DNA of 64,000 nt from Carcharhinus longimanus (GCA_030264375.1 JASCQW010000148.1:21675632-21739631), one strand, 5' to 3'; shown: positions 39,051 through 52,957, counted from the first letter of the stretch. Numbers and translations are program-made. The notes: generated from the sequence alone by a model not told the origin.

Positions 39051-42000
39051 TCTGTTCCTACCAATGGGTTCACATGCTTAAGCTGTCTCCATTGTGTGGA
39101 AGGGCAGCTTTGTCTGGGGACTGGCCCCCTTCTCAGCAAGTTCACAGCCTGACCTTTCCTGACCCTTTACTTTTCTTCAGTAGCACTGGCTACACTGAGG
39201 TCATGGTTTGAACACCCTCCCCCTCACTGCTAAACTTTTGTTGTATTCTACACAGAGTTAAATCCATGAATGCTTCAGTTAATTTACTTTGTTTTTTTTA
39301 AATTATAGAACACAGTGAATGTAGAATGGGATCTTTTCCATGATTGATGGGATGTTGCTCACGTATCTTTTGTGATTAAGATGAGTGTTAAAAATAAATA
39401 TCCTAAACAAATTTGTAACTTCGTAGATTGTTTATGGTTTTACCTTTCTAGTCCTGAACGGCAGTTGACAATACAATCAACATTCCAATCAGTAAATTTG
39501 AGAATTTGACTTTCAAGCTCCTGGCACTTATTCTAAAACATGTCCCAGGTTTCTAGTTCAACAATTCCCACAAAGCAACATCTGTGGAATCTTTACTGTT
39601 ACTTCTTCACATCGAGCCCATTAATCAGAAATTGCTCTTTAATGGTTTTAAACCAGCTGTAATAGTTCATTTGGAAAAAAAGCTTAACTGAAACGGCTAA
39701 ATATATTTAAAGACTGACATTATGTTCCATTTTGTGTCTGTCAGTAATTGATAATCCCTTTCATTAGCTTGTCTAGTTCATAAATAAAAAAAAAACTAGT
39801 CCAAAGCATCTGATAGACAAAACAACGAGGGAACAAAATGAGCCACAAAAGAAGCCAGCAACACAGCAGCTTTGCACCACTGTGGTTGTGAAGTCGTGTT
39901 CCAACAAGGTTCATAAGTGGGACATACCACCTTGAAGGGGAGGGGAGGGATAAAAGCAGTGCTTTTCCCTTTGAGTAGCACAGGGCTATTGGTATGAGAC
40001 ATTGTAAAGGAAGCAGCTGGTTGAATCCTGGATGTTTGAACACTTATGTAAAAGGGCAGAAGCACATGGGGTTGGTTTGGGCACGGCATTGTGGGGGAGG
40101 GCGGGGGGCAAGTGTTCTGGGGAGGTGGGCAGGGCATTGTGGGGTAGACAAACCGGTAAGAATAAAAGAGGCAAGCTATGCCATATTCAGAATAATTTTT
40201 AATTATCACAAAGTATTTGATCTATACTGTAATGGTGTTAAACATTGTTTAAACATTAAACATTGTTTACTGGCTAACAGCTATTTTATTCTGTGATTGT
40301 AAATTTTTGGCAATAATTGTACCTTTGGATGACAATCCTGAACATGTTTCAGCCCAGCAGCACCACATGCTACTTATTAGTTTTCTTAATTGCCTTTAAA
40401 TAGCAACTGTATTAGGTGATAACATCCAAAAACATTGGTTCCAACACTTTAATGCTTCAATATCACCAGATAAAACTGCTCTGCATTTCAACTGGGAGTA
40501 AATCAACTCTGTTTTGCAGCTCTCAGATCCCTTGCATAAGCTTTTACTCATTGAGAAATAAGACACTGCATTGATAGACTACTCATGGGTGTATGTATCC
40601 ACAATTCCAAAATCCAGATGACTGTGAGTGTAACTATTGCTTTTCAGGAATAAGTTCCATTCCTCTTATGTGACGTTAGCTCTTTTTTTTCCAATGAAGA
40701 ACCCTTTTCGTCCATGTGATATGAAGATGCACGGTCATTTCTGTAGTTGGAATAAAGACTCTTGCTCAGGAATGAACAGCTAGCATCTTTTAACACGTGA
40801 CCCTTCTCGGGCTCAGAGGCAGCCCTTCCCCTGTATTTCAATTTCTTGTATTACATCCCCTTTATAATTCTGGCACTTTCTGATTGGATGACGCCCCATG
40901 GGCCCCCTGCAGCAGAGAGAAATGGCAATGGGGACAGAACAAAGTCACATTGAGAGGGATGGCAGGGAAGGAAAAGCAGTTGTCAAAGGGAGCCTGAACC
41001 CAGGGCAAGCAAGCCAGTGAGTCAGATCTATGCACAACCTACATGCCTTCTGTTCACACATTTTAAATATTTTATGCTATAGAATGTTCCAACCGCAAAT
41101 GATATATTTCTTACATTATCTACCAGGTTATTAGATAGGAAATTTTACAGTAGCTGTCTTGGGATGTTGAAGATGCCGACAAGGCAATATTTATTGCTTA
41201 TTCTAGTTGTTCCAGGGGCATTAATACAACCATATATGGTGGGTCTGAAGATACATGCAGACCAGATCAGGCAGGGATTATTTTCTATGATAATCCACAA
41301 ATTATTAGATTTGTTGAGTTCAATTTTATAATTTGCAATGCTAAAATTTAAACTTAATCTCTAGGTGGTTACTCCAATACCATAATCACTGGGCTACCAT
41401 CCTCCTTTTATTATTGGGATTGTCCTAGTTGATGAAAGCTAATAACCAAGTTTTACTTACCAGTTTGGTTTTCAGTGAGAATATCAGCAACCATACTAAT
41501 GTGTATAGGAGCCTTGTGAAGTGTTCTTACTAGAGTCCTCAGAACCATTGGTCCACCTGATTTCTATAGCACTGCCAACAGAAAGTTTTTTGGCTTGGAA
41601 AACCTTGCCAAACTCGATGGCTGGTATGATACAAAATTTAAGCTCTAATCTGAAAGCAGGCTTTTTTAAATACGATGTATTGGATTGATGCTATGTTTAT
41701 TATTTCAACTGTCTACACACTGTAGGGTTAACCCAATTATGCAAGATGAAAGATACTTTTTCACCATTCGCATAATGCTGTGTTATTCAGTATTAATATG
41801 TCATGGAATTCTTTGTGAGTCACTTAAGTACACTGCAGAATACTTCACTGAAAGCTGAGAATCTATTGCAATGAAGTTATCTGTGGTTTAAGAGAGCCTA
41901 TATCCTGGGCTGGCTTAATGTTTAATCCAATCTCAGACTTCAGGGTATTGTATATAAGCTATGATATCATGCAAATCTGTTGCTTGAGGTACAGTGTTGG

Positions 42001-42884
42001 GAATCGTTCCCTGATACCTACCCATTGATTTGGGGCCTCTAAATATGCAGCTTTTGAGCATGCTCACAGCATGGTGAGCTTTGCATACCTTGGCTACTTT
42101 AACCCTTTCTGCTCTTAGTGCGCAAAGATTCCACTTTAAGGTGACAGAATATTGGTTACATGTTACAAGCTACATGAAACGTTTGTTGTATTATGTGTAC
42201 AAGGATCTTGCTGTCTTTGTTTATGGATTTGTGACCCTGAATCTGTCTAAATTTTCCCATCTGCTGGGTTCAAGATGCAGGTATCTCTTAATGTTCAGTA
42301 TATTTCACATAAGTAGCATTGGTTTGATTTCACTATATTTAGGCACATGTTTAAAATAATGTTGGAAGAAGTCCTTATTAATTCAGTTATGGTGTTCACT
42401 AGCTGATTGAACATGAGTTGTTCTGATCAGTTGAAGACGTGTTTGATGACCTACAAGCAGTTATTGGTTGGTAGCAGGCTTCCAATGTCTAAATAAGTTT
42501 AGGAAATTGTTTTTTTTTAACCCATTAGCGAAAGCTACATCATTATTTCATTGCATCTGGGTTTGACATTGGTTCATCCTCTAGTTTTTACCGCCTCTAC
42601 TGGGTTGACCAAGGTTTCCTTTGAAGAATAATGAATAACAAGTTTGGCGCAGAGAATGTTGACAAACTAAAACTAAAGTGATGACGAGTTCTCTGCCTAG
42701 GTTTGTTCTGTAACTGTGTAGTCTGTCCTCAGTCTGCATATGTATATTTTCGTTATTACTTGAACTGTCTAATCGGTACTCTGGACTCTAATCTCTGGAC
42801 ACCTAGAATTGTTTTTTTGAGATAATGTCTGCAATTGTTTTTAATACTAACAAGTTTCTTTCTAATATAAATGTGTGTACACAG

Positions 42885-42973
42885 GCACGTCCTCCAAGGC
42901 CACCAGTTAAGAAACCAAGGGGTAATGCGTTGCCAGTTGAGGCTCGAATATCCTCCATTTCAAGCCCAGAGCA
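42885..42973 (+). CDS. DENND1A: DENND1A coding exon, 89 nt, phase 0-2: ARPPRPPVKKPRGNALPVEARISSISSPE(Q/H)
   Basis: Perfect branch point TACTAAC at 42845-42851, acceptor acacag, donor GCA|gtaagt. Aligns residue for residue with recalled human VRPPRPHVVKRPKSNIAVEGRRTSVPSPEQ. Confidence 0.93.
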
Positions 42974-45939
42974 GTAAGTATTGGCTGCCAACTTTCGCAG
43001 TTAAAAGTTAATATAAAAAACTGAACATTTATAACAGTTCTTACAGTTCACACTTAAAACTTTCTATTTAATAACCCATTTAAACCTGGCATTCTCAATT
43101 TGCAGATAATTAAAAGTAGTAAGCTGAGCATAGTGGCCCTGAATTTAGCATATTGAATGCTTTTATTCTTGACTAAACTGCATTGTCAGATAACATGGTA
43201 GGTGTGACAAGTGTTTTACTGTGCAACTTCAGTTAATATTTCTCATGTTATACTATAGAAAGAGTCGTGAGACATGTCATGTACTTCAAAATACACCTAA
43301 CATGTTCATCTTAGTTAAACAGAAGGATTTTTTAAAGCCTAAAAACTTCAAAATGTTTACATATTTTGTACCAATCTTTTAACATTAATTTTCATACATT
43401 GCCTACTCCCATATCTCCAGTGATGTTTTTCAGATTGTCTTACTGTCAGCCTTGGCCTAACAGTGTTAGCTCGGTAATGTGAGTCTGAGGTGTCCACTCA
43501 CCTATGTTAGGAAAACGTATCTCTGCTTTTGAGCCTGTTTTGGTTTCACATGGCAACAGATTGTTGAAATAGAAAATTGACAATTGTGATCACAATCATT
43601 CTATTTTCCACTGGTGGTGACACCAGGGTGAATAAAGCAAACTGACAATTTGTTCAGCTTTATTCTGCATTGTTATCAATAATTAATTAAAATAACAGAA
43701 GAGGTGCTGTCATGTGGGGATGCAAAAAGATCGATGTGTGCCAGACTGGGTTGTGGTCAGGAAAGAACAGCAAGCAGAATTACAAGCATGAAGTGATCTA
43801 CATTGTGGTCAACAAGTTAATCTTTCAGAATTTGGTGCAGTTCAAATAATTTGGGTCTTTCTGTTTTTAAAATGATGAGAAGTTTGAACACAGAATGAAA
43901 TATTGCACCTTTCCATGTATCCCACTATTGTTCCTGTCTGCTATCACGTGAAAGGCAAGTGTATGCACTTTTAAGTGAAACAGTAGCAACAAATGTAAAT
44001 GTCACAAGGAAAGGATGCTCAAATATTTATACCTAGTGGCCGATGGTGTAATGGTGGGCATTCAGTTTCTTTTGACTTACCCTTGTTTTTTTTTTATTTT
44101 ATCTGCGCCCAAATGTTGCTGTGGTGATGACAGCAAAATTGTTTGCATTGGCCATCATTACGCCACTGAAACTAATCACAGCTTCTGGAGATCACACATT
44201 AACAGAATAGTACAGAAATTTAGAAATTGCTGCCAGTGATTCCAAGTTTCTTCAGAGAGCACCCACACCTTCTGTTCACCCCCAGACCACAAACATGCCA
44301 ATAAATGGAATTGCTGAGAACTTCCACTCAGACATACTTAGTCTCCTGTAAAAACCCTTGACAATGTTGCACCTTATTGAATGAAGTGTTAACTGAGTTT
44401 TTAATGGCACTCTAACCTCACAATTATCATGAAACACCCTGGCCATAAGAAGCTAATTTTATATTATTGGAATGTCAAATTTCTATATAATAAAAAACCC
44501 ACATTTTTTTTAAAAAAACTTTATTTAACCTGCTATCTTAATCCAATTATAATTAATTTCACTATTGAAAAACTAAAGTGATAGTGAAGGATTAGAAGCA
44601 CATTACTGTTTGTGAATACCCCAGTTTGATTAGCTGCCTATCTGCTCAGTGCTGCTGCTGGTCAAACAGCATGAATTAGCACCAGATTTAAACTTCCATT
44701 GGGAAAGGGAAAAACCATGCTTCGAGCCCTTGCTTTACTGTTGACAACAAAATCCAGGCCAATGTTTGCTGAATCATTCTCCATGTTGGGTATCCAGTAT
44801 CACCAACAAGTACTCACAGATGTAGAATAAAGTTTTCTTCTTACTAACAATTTGGGAGGTAGTGGGTTGATGGCAGGGTAATGGGGGAGAGAGTTAGACT
44901 TACTTTTTATTTATAAGATGTTTATGATTGCATAGGCAAGGCTTTTTCTCCAGTTGTTTTCAGCCCAAACTGGCACCCACCATTACAATGCCAATAAAGA
45001 TTTTTCAACACACTGCCATTCTTCAAGCTTTTTTGAATAAAGTTGCAAGTTTGGTGTCAAATTGTGAATCATTAAATCCTTTAGGCTGTATTTATTAGAA
45101 ACTGTGATGTGACTGTTCAAGCCTACTTTATGTATGACCCTTATAGCCTATTAATCTGGTCTGAATTCAAACCCAAGTTTCAGAAGTCAACACGCCATGT
45201 CCTGAACCAATGTAGCATTCAGTTTTTCTCTAAACTCTTTCTTCAATGCACTTTTTAAACTTTCACATATTATAAGCCCATAGTCACTTACTCACATCTT
45301 TATGCAGTTGAGAATTGATTCCTGTCCACCTTCATCTTTCACAAACCAACTAAATCGAGAATTCTTGGGCCATAGTTCTTTCAATCATCGCTTTATCATT
45401 CACAAGAATTGTGGTTCCTTGTGCCATTGAGTCAGATTTGGAATCTTCTTTACTTCACCCAATTTGAGAAACGTCCAATGCTGCAGCTTCCTTTCCTGTG
45501 ACTTGAAGGTTAGTGTTCCCCATGCTCCCTGATTCATTATTGAAGGTCAGTCTGTTAGGACTAGTATCCTACCGTTTGGAATTACCTTTCAAAATTGTTT
45601 TGCCTTGTTACTCTCTCTGCCCCTGACTTCAAGCCACCCCTTCCTCCTACTTTAACTGTGTTTGTTAACTTCCCTCTACTTTCTGCACTGCCCTGTCTCT
45701 CCTCCTCCTCCTCCTCCTCTCCCCCCCCACCACTCCCCCCCATCAGATATCTGACTTCTGCTCAGTGTCCACATGTCTGCTTTGTTATATGTTCAGGGAA
45801 ATTTATTAGCATTTCATCTGCATATTGCAGCCAATTCTAGTCACCACCCGGGGAATATTTGAAGGATTCAGGGTTTGTGGTGTAAAAAATTACTGTAATG
45901 GTCCTGAAGAATAATGGTTTTAGTTATTAACAGAGATTA

Positions 45940-46325
45940 AAAATCCTGGGACTGTTACCCCAGAGCAAAAACAGATAAGGGGAGATTCAATGGAGATACT
46001 TAAAATCGTGAAGGCCTTTGATAGAATCAGCAGAAACTGTATCCAACTGCAGAAGGGCTGTGAACCAGAATACCTAGACTGGGAACCAGAGACAGCATGA
46101 TTGAAAAAAAAAATTGTGCTTTGTATTGTTATGATGTGGAAAACGCTGTCTGGAGGGCGATGGATGCAGATTCAGTCACAACTTTAAAAAGGGGATTGGA
46201 TATTTGGAGGAGGAAAAATTTTCTGGGCTGTGGCAAAACTCATGGAAGTGGCACTAACGTGTATCTGTTTCAAAGTACCAAAGTACCTTAATGGGCTGAC
46301 TGGCCTGCTTCTGCATTGTATCATT
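45940..46325 (+). mobile_element. Old CR1 3' end fragment
   Basis: agggggagattcaatggagatacttaaaatcgtgaaggcctttgatag...atgggctgactggcctgcttctgcattgta. Confidence 0.7.
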
Positions 46326-48340
46326 CAACAATTCAATGGAAGTTAGAATCGCTATATAAATGAAAGATTTTCATATTGTATAAAGTGGAGAAGAGATAGA
46401 TAACCTCATGATAATGATTTCTTCTGTCTGAAAATCCTAGTGGACAGGTTAGTTAGCTGTTAAGACAGTTCATTTAAAAGATTCTTGCCTAGTCCAGCAG
46501 AGAGTACCAAGGAATTCTTAATAGTGTTCAAACAAAATATCAGCAATTCCAGCCATGCCTTTTAGTAGATGAATGGATTTCACTCATGGACCTTGTGTAA
46601 ACAACGCACCCTTTAAATTCACACGTCAGCTGTGCAAAACGCAAATTTTAGATTTTAAATCTTAACGATCTCAAAGACTTAGCAAGATTCTCTGGGTCAG
46701 ACTAAATCCAATGGAGAAAACTCTAATAATTTCTGGATGTAATTCATGATATGCAGAGCAGAAATGTGCATGATATAATGAATCATATTTTTCCAGGGTT
46801 TTTTTGCGCAAAGCTGGCCAGTTACAATTTCCTTCCAGTTAATGGGTAAAGAGTGTAAAGGACTGAGAATATATCTGTGCAATTGTCAGTTAGAAAATAG
46901 TAGATTAAATTGATGATTACAGTAAGCGTGTACATGCAAGTCAGTCAGCCAGTATGTAATAGATATGAAACTGAATTATATATTGAGACCTAGGGCAGCC
47001 TGACTATTTCTTTTACAAAGTGGTTTATTTTCACAGAATTGTGATTCTGTATCGTGCCTGATCATTCAATCTGAGGTTCTTAATGCTTGAATTTATTTGG
47101 TGTGCAAGTGTATTTTCTGTGATTGAAGCTAGATAATATGTCAGGTTAGACCGTAATTCAGCAATAAATTCTTTCTTGTTATCTCATGTTGCCGCCATCC
47201 TAGTGGCTTTATGTTTTGATCATTGCAGCAGTAAGCCATGACAATATAGACCTGTTCTTCCAAAGCACCATTGATATGTATGAATTTAGACAGAGGACTG
47301 GACAAGACTGACAAACTGAACCCTTTATCTCTATTAACACATTTTGCACATGAAATAAACTCACTTCTCATTAAACACCAAACTGTGGCAGACACAGTTG
47401 ACCTGAAAAAGAAACATGACCCAGTGCAGAAGAAAGCTAAGCTGAGTAATAATCCTGTTTCATACTGTTGGCTGTAATGCTTGCACGTTTATTAACTCGC
47501 TCATTTTTTCATACAAACTTTAAGTAATAAGCTGCCAAACAAAATAGAATTGTGAATAGTGTTCTCTTTCGTTGGAAGGTGTGGGTTTGTACCTGCATTG
47601 GACAGGCTATGAGAGAAGCTACTCAACACAGGAAAGTAGCTTCCCTGCAGAAAATGGGCACGCAGTTAAACAGGTTACTCTTTGCATGTTGCAGCAGCCA
47701 TCTGTGAAGGCTGAGAGGAGAATACCTACCTGTTGTCCTCAGTGAGGCAATTAGATGCAACACAGAATTACCGAGAAAGGAAGAAAACAATTCTCACAAT
47801 TTATTAGGATGAAACCAGTGACGTGATTCCCAATTTTTTTAAAGTTTTGATTAACTTGATAATCTTGTTACATCAAGAGTCAGACTCAGATATTCATTAA
47901 GACCTATTTGTTTTGTTTTTTAAATTAATAATATTTTTAATGTCAAGTTCTTATTTTAATTTGTTTTACAGCATATACCTTTTCCATCATCATAAATCTT
48001 CAACTCAGCTAAGCTAAATGAGCACAGGAGTTTAAATCTTTTGAATTCATATCTTTCTTCCCTAAATATGCACATATATTATGCTATACTTTCATAAATT
48101 CTTAGATATTTTAATTCTGAAGGTTGTTAAATAGAATAACTTCTTTTTGTGAAATCTGAAAATAATTTAATCATCGTAAATTGCAGTCCAGTTCTGTTTA
48201 AAAACAAGAACACGTTTGTATCTACTGTCACCAAAAGCAATATTATCAAGTAACTTTAAGTTAGATGAGTGTCCATACTAAAGTAAGATAACCTGCCTTC
48301 AGTGTTTCCACCCATGTTATGCTTTACTTCTCTTGTGTAG

Positions 48341-48395
48341 CTTTACTGCCTCCTTGTGGAGTAGGGCAGGCAATGCAGTACAGAGTGACTTGAAA
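48341..48395 (+). other. Candidate 55-nt cassette exon; in the phase-2 frame reads FTASLWSRAGNAVQSDLK
   Basis: Acceptor ctttacttctcttgtgtag and consensus donor AAA|gtaagt. Open in the frame incoming from 42973, but the length is not a multiple of 3. Confidence 0.4.
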
Positions 48396-51300
48396 GTAAG
48401 TGTTTTAATAACAGTTATTATTCTGTTATTTTCCTCTATTTTACTGCACTTATCAAGTAGAAATAAAATTGATGACGCTTAAAAGGTCTGTCTGTGGGGA
48501 TAAAACTTAATGGTTCATATTCACTTTAAAACAAAATTAAATCTCCATTCAAAACTTAAACTTTGCATTATGCTTGCCTTATAGTCTCAATTAATTTAAT
48601 CAATGTATCATATTTAAGATGATGCAACCTTTCAACATTATTTGCACTTAGATATAACATTTGACACACAAAATATTGAGAATTTTATCCATTCATATTT
48701 CCAGAGTCCCTATGCACTGATTATGTATTAGAAATCAGTGAGGGCTGTAGTTTTAAATTGATAGTAACCTACTAATAATTGATTCCATGTAGCTCTTTAA
48801 TTTGACAGTGGAAACAATCTCCTCTAAGGTTTTGTAATATTTTTAATTAGGACTGAACATTGGCCTCTGCTGCACTGGTCAGGTAATTTATAATTGAACT
48901 CCATTAGAAAAGGGGGTGGAAGGATATACCCCAATGCATTAAAATTTACATATTTTATTAGCATTTTACCATTACTTGTATATAAAACTATATGAACATC
49001 ATTAATATTTAGCAAACAATTCACCACTTCGGACATATATGAATTCCGATGAGCTGCTAGTTCCTTTGAGACAAAGTGCTGTAGAGGTTAATACATTCAG
49101 CATGCAAAATCTACTTTTTTAATTGATGCATTTCAATTAAATGTTTCATTTTGCTTCCTGATGTAATGTTAATAGGGCTAAATGCACTGTATTTTTTAAT
49201 AGAAATCTTTAGAATGAATTGGGAGGGAGAAGCTCTTAGTTATATTTCTTCTTTGTCACTCAAGGCACTTGGGTAAATACACAGCAGCAAGATGTGAAGG
49301 CCATGCAATCTGAGAGAGCAACATCATCTAAACGTGATAACAGCAACTTTCATTTCTTCACTGCCTTTAATGTAGCAAAATGTCCCAGGGACGTAAGAGT
49401 GCAGATATCTCTAAATGTTGAAGAGCGGGGAATGTTTACCATGAGTCGGGGGAGAAGTCATGGAACAATCTGAAAACAAGGATGAGAACTTCGAAATTGA
49501 GTAATTGTTGAGCAGGAACCAATGTTGATCAGCAAGAATAGGGCTGATAGGTGAACAGGCCTTGGTGCAAGCAAGGACACAAGCTAGAGAGTTTTGAATG
49601 GCCTTAAGAAATTTCTTTGTTTCTGAGGTTCAGAGTTACAGCAACATCTTCAGATTATTTTCAGGTGATATTGTCTTTTGAACTCTAGATACCTTGGCTG
49701 CTAAACTCATGCTTTCATTAAACTACCTTGTTTGTTCAACTTTCTTAACACAATATTGCAGTGAAGTTCTTAATTTCATGCGTCACTTTTTGTTTACAGC
49801 AAGCAAAGGATGCAAGATATTCTTCAGGGTTCTTAAAGGATTATCAAAGGAATCCACTTATTTCTTCTCAGTTAGCCCACATCATTTACATGTTACCTTT
49901 CCATCACTCACCTTCAGGGCATTTCACTTCCTTGCTATTCCCTCTTGTTCGTTAGATTCATCTGAGGCTCCCAGCCTTAGTGTGGCTAATATTGTGTTTA
50001 TGATGCCGTGGTATGTAGGTAGATCCAACATGGCCACTCTTAATGCAAAAATAATTATTTGTGTAACTGAATAGATCACTTCAGAAAACATCAAGAGTTA
50101 ACCACATGATGTCACAAGCAGACCAAACATGGTAGGATATGAGTGAACGAGTTGGGATACTAACAACAATCCAGCAGCTTTCATAGCCTTTTTTTTCCTC
50201 TGATGCTTGCCTAAAATTACTAGCTTTGTGAGTTCAATTTCAGAATTTGGGTTGGTGGAATTTGAAGTTAGAGCAATGGAATATTGAAGAACAATTCATG
50301 TGTGACATTGGGGCCCATGAGCTGCATTTCCTGATAAGTTGTGAATTCTTCATGGTGTCCTATCACACAACACCAATCCATTTTATAAAATAGAGTGGAT
50401 CTTATTGTGAATGGTTACATTGCAGTGTGTACAATGTAAGAAAATTGCTATGTGGCAGTCGGCTTCTATATGAGTTGATGCAAAAACTGCAAGTAATCCC
50501 AGAATTTGTTTATTTCATTCAATATTTAAAGTATAGTAGGTAAAAAAAAATGTTTCAACAATACAAACTTCAAATTAACAGAATACAAACAATGTCTACA
50601 AATGAATTGGCTCATCAACCCTTTGAGCAGTATAGAAAATATTGACTGCGCTTCAGGTCTCTGCTTACATTGAAGTGGCAACATGCCTGTGCAAAAGGGC
50701 ATCCTTTGCTGCACAAAAATTAGGCACCAGCAGTAAAATGAGGTGTGTTGGGATGCCACAGAGCCATACGGCACCAGCTCTTGCTTCTGATTGCTCATAT
50801 TCCACACTGCCAGGTTTGGAGACCAGCCACTTCCACAGAGGGGGGAGAAAAACAATCATAGAGACACACAAGGTAGTGGCAAATTGCAGGATGACTTTGG
50901 CAAAAGCCCAGAAACAATTTGCCTGCCTTCCCTCAGCCAGAAGATGCTACATTACACAAGAGGACCAAAGGAAGTGGAAACAAATTAAAATAGATTTCAG
51001 TCGACAACAATTAAAATGGTTGTGGTTTTATTCACAATCAGCCTTTGAGAAAATTATAAATATAAATTATTATTTTTAATGAGTGCTCCCAAAATGAGAA
51101 CATGTCAGCTGAAACCCTTCTAAAAACAATGCTTGTTATTTTGTTAAAACAATCTCTAATTGAAAATTTAATTAATTTTATCATTTGTTCTTGTTTTGTT
51201 GCAATTGTAAATGTCAATAATTTTATCAACAGCCAGTAAATTTAAATGGATTAGTATATTGTTAAGTTGCTGCATGCCTTGAATATTTCTAGGATAGTAT

Positions 51301-51503
51301 GAAAATGCTTATGCGTGAAACGTGAGTTCAGAACACTTTGTGAGCATGATTAATTCTCAATGATAATGTAGTAATAAAGTCCTGAATTTTGGCATATTCT
51401 AGACAAGCATTGTGGATCAAACATTTAGGTGACATCTTAAAGGATCCCGAATGACAGTGCATTGGAACAATGTTCTGAAGCACTGTCTTTTCACCTTCAC
51501 CAG

Positions 51504-51573
51504 GTCCGAAGCCAGCCCAAGCAAAAGGGATGATGTTCCATTTTCTGTATCAGCCGTTCAGGATCTCAACTGA
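51504..51573 (+). CDS. DENND1A: Candidate alternative terminal coding exon of DENND1A: (Q)SEASPSKRDDVPFSVSAVQDLN-stop
   Basis: Acceptor gtcttttcaccttcaccag; open in phase 2 from exon 42885-42973 to TGA at 51571-51573. Followed by AU-rich UTR-like sequence and AATAAA. No transcript evidence is available. Confidence 0.45.
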
Positions 51574-52009
51574 AAAGCATCATGGCAGCCCAGTTAAGAA
51601 CTGGACCAGAATCTTCTGTGAATCTCATGTCTGCTGAACAAAACTACCCCAAGCCAGCCATTAATGTTTGCTCTGAGATGGTCTTGGAGAAAGAGCAATT
51701 GTTGGTCACAAAGTGCATGGTTGACGTTTGATGCCACTGCAGAATGCAAAGCAATTGAGAATGAAATTATTTCCGAGAAATGTAACTGAACATGTACAAC
51801 AGATTTGGTATAGGGTGGTCCAAAGAGGGACTTGCAGCCCTCATACATATCTCTATACCGACTATATTGCTTCATATTTTGTACAACTATTTTTCCAAAA
51901 GAAATATTATATAGTATATGACTATTTATTTGATTTTGAACACTATATCCCTATAGAATAGATTGCTACCATATTTATACGACTTCATATCAGACAAGGT
52001 TCCTTGTAA

Positions 52010-52015
52010 AATAAA
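52010..52015 (+). terminator. Candidate polyadenylation signal AATAAA with downstream U/GU-rich element
   Basis: AATAAA at 52010-52015, CA dinucleotides about 10-15 nt later, then a T run and cttgtgtc. A second AATAAA lies at 52175-52180. Confidence 0.4.
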
Positions 52016-52957
52016 AACTAAAATCACAAAATTCCTTTTTTTTCTACTTGTGTCAATTTATTTTATTTAGGTTTGGATTTGTCACATTTCACTTCTAATC
52101 ACTCGATTGAAATTCATATTTTTATGCATTCTGGCGGTAAAAGAAACCCTCAAGATGTGGTCCTTCCTCATTAAAATAAACCCACACCATCATAAGCTAT
52201 GAAGCGAATCTTAGATTTTGTAGAGCTGTATTTGTTACATGATATTTAACAAGGAACAGCCTCTGCTGTCATTGTTGTCACATACTAACAGTAACAGAGG
52301 ACATGATAACGAGACATTAAAATAGAGGGGCAAGTCATCCACATTGTAACTCAGCCAAGGGATTAGGAGGCAAGAGCTGGTGCAGTCATGCAGAGCTGAT
52401 GGCGTTTATAGCTGAGACAGACAGAAAATCTTTTTTTTCTTATTTGTGGTTGTTTTCTATGTACCAGCACTTGCTGTGACCTGCCTTTCTGCAGACAGAT
52501 TCCTCAGTGTGACATCCAAGCAGGTAACAGGTACTGAACGTCAAAATGGGTCACTGAATCAAATTAATTAGGAATATGGGGTGTTTTTGTGAGATTATAA
52601 TTCTGTTCTTTTTTAAAGGACACTAGAAAAAACAGGTAACAAAATAAACACATTTTTCTTTAAAAACCCATTGTGACCCTGCCTGCTATAGTATGGTTTA
52701 CATCACAAAGCAATTGTTTATAATATTTAGAACACTGAGCATAGAAATGTTCATTACTTTTAATTTACATATAATTTCTGTTTTTTACAACACCCCATAT
52801 ATTGAACTAGATCAATACTCAACTATGCCTATACTTAACACCTGAATGTGCAAAGTCACCAAATTAAACAAGTGTTTAAGTATTGTGCATGAATACAATT
52901 TAAAACTAAATCTGATACATGATACATTTTTAGTGGCACAATACCTGAAAGTACCAT

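Noticed and set aside
45696-45741. (CCT)n / C-rich tract giving a Ser/Pro-rich ORF
   Set aside because: A simple microsatellite with no exon signals.
47191-47207. CTCF site (GCCACTAGGATGGCGGC on the minus strand)
   Set aside because: It has one extra base in the core relative to the consensus, so it cannot be supported without a PWM scan.
50642-51079. 145-aa ORF and overlapping antisense ORFs as a nested gene
   Set aside because: Non-ATG start, no recognisable domain and no supporting splice structure; consistent with chance.
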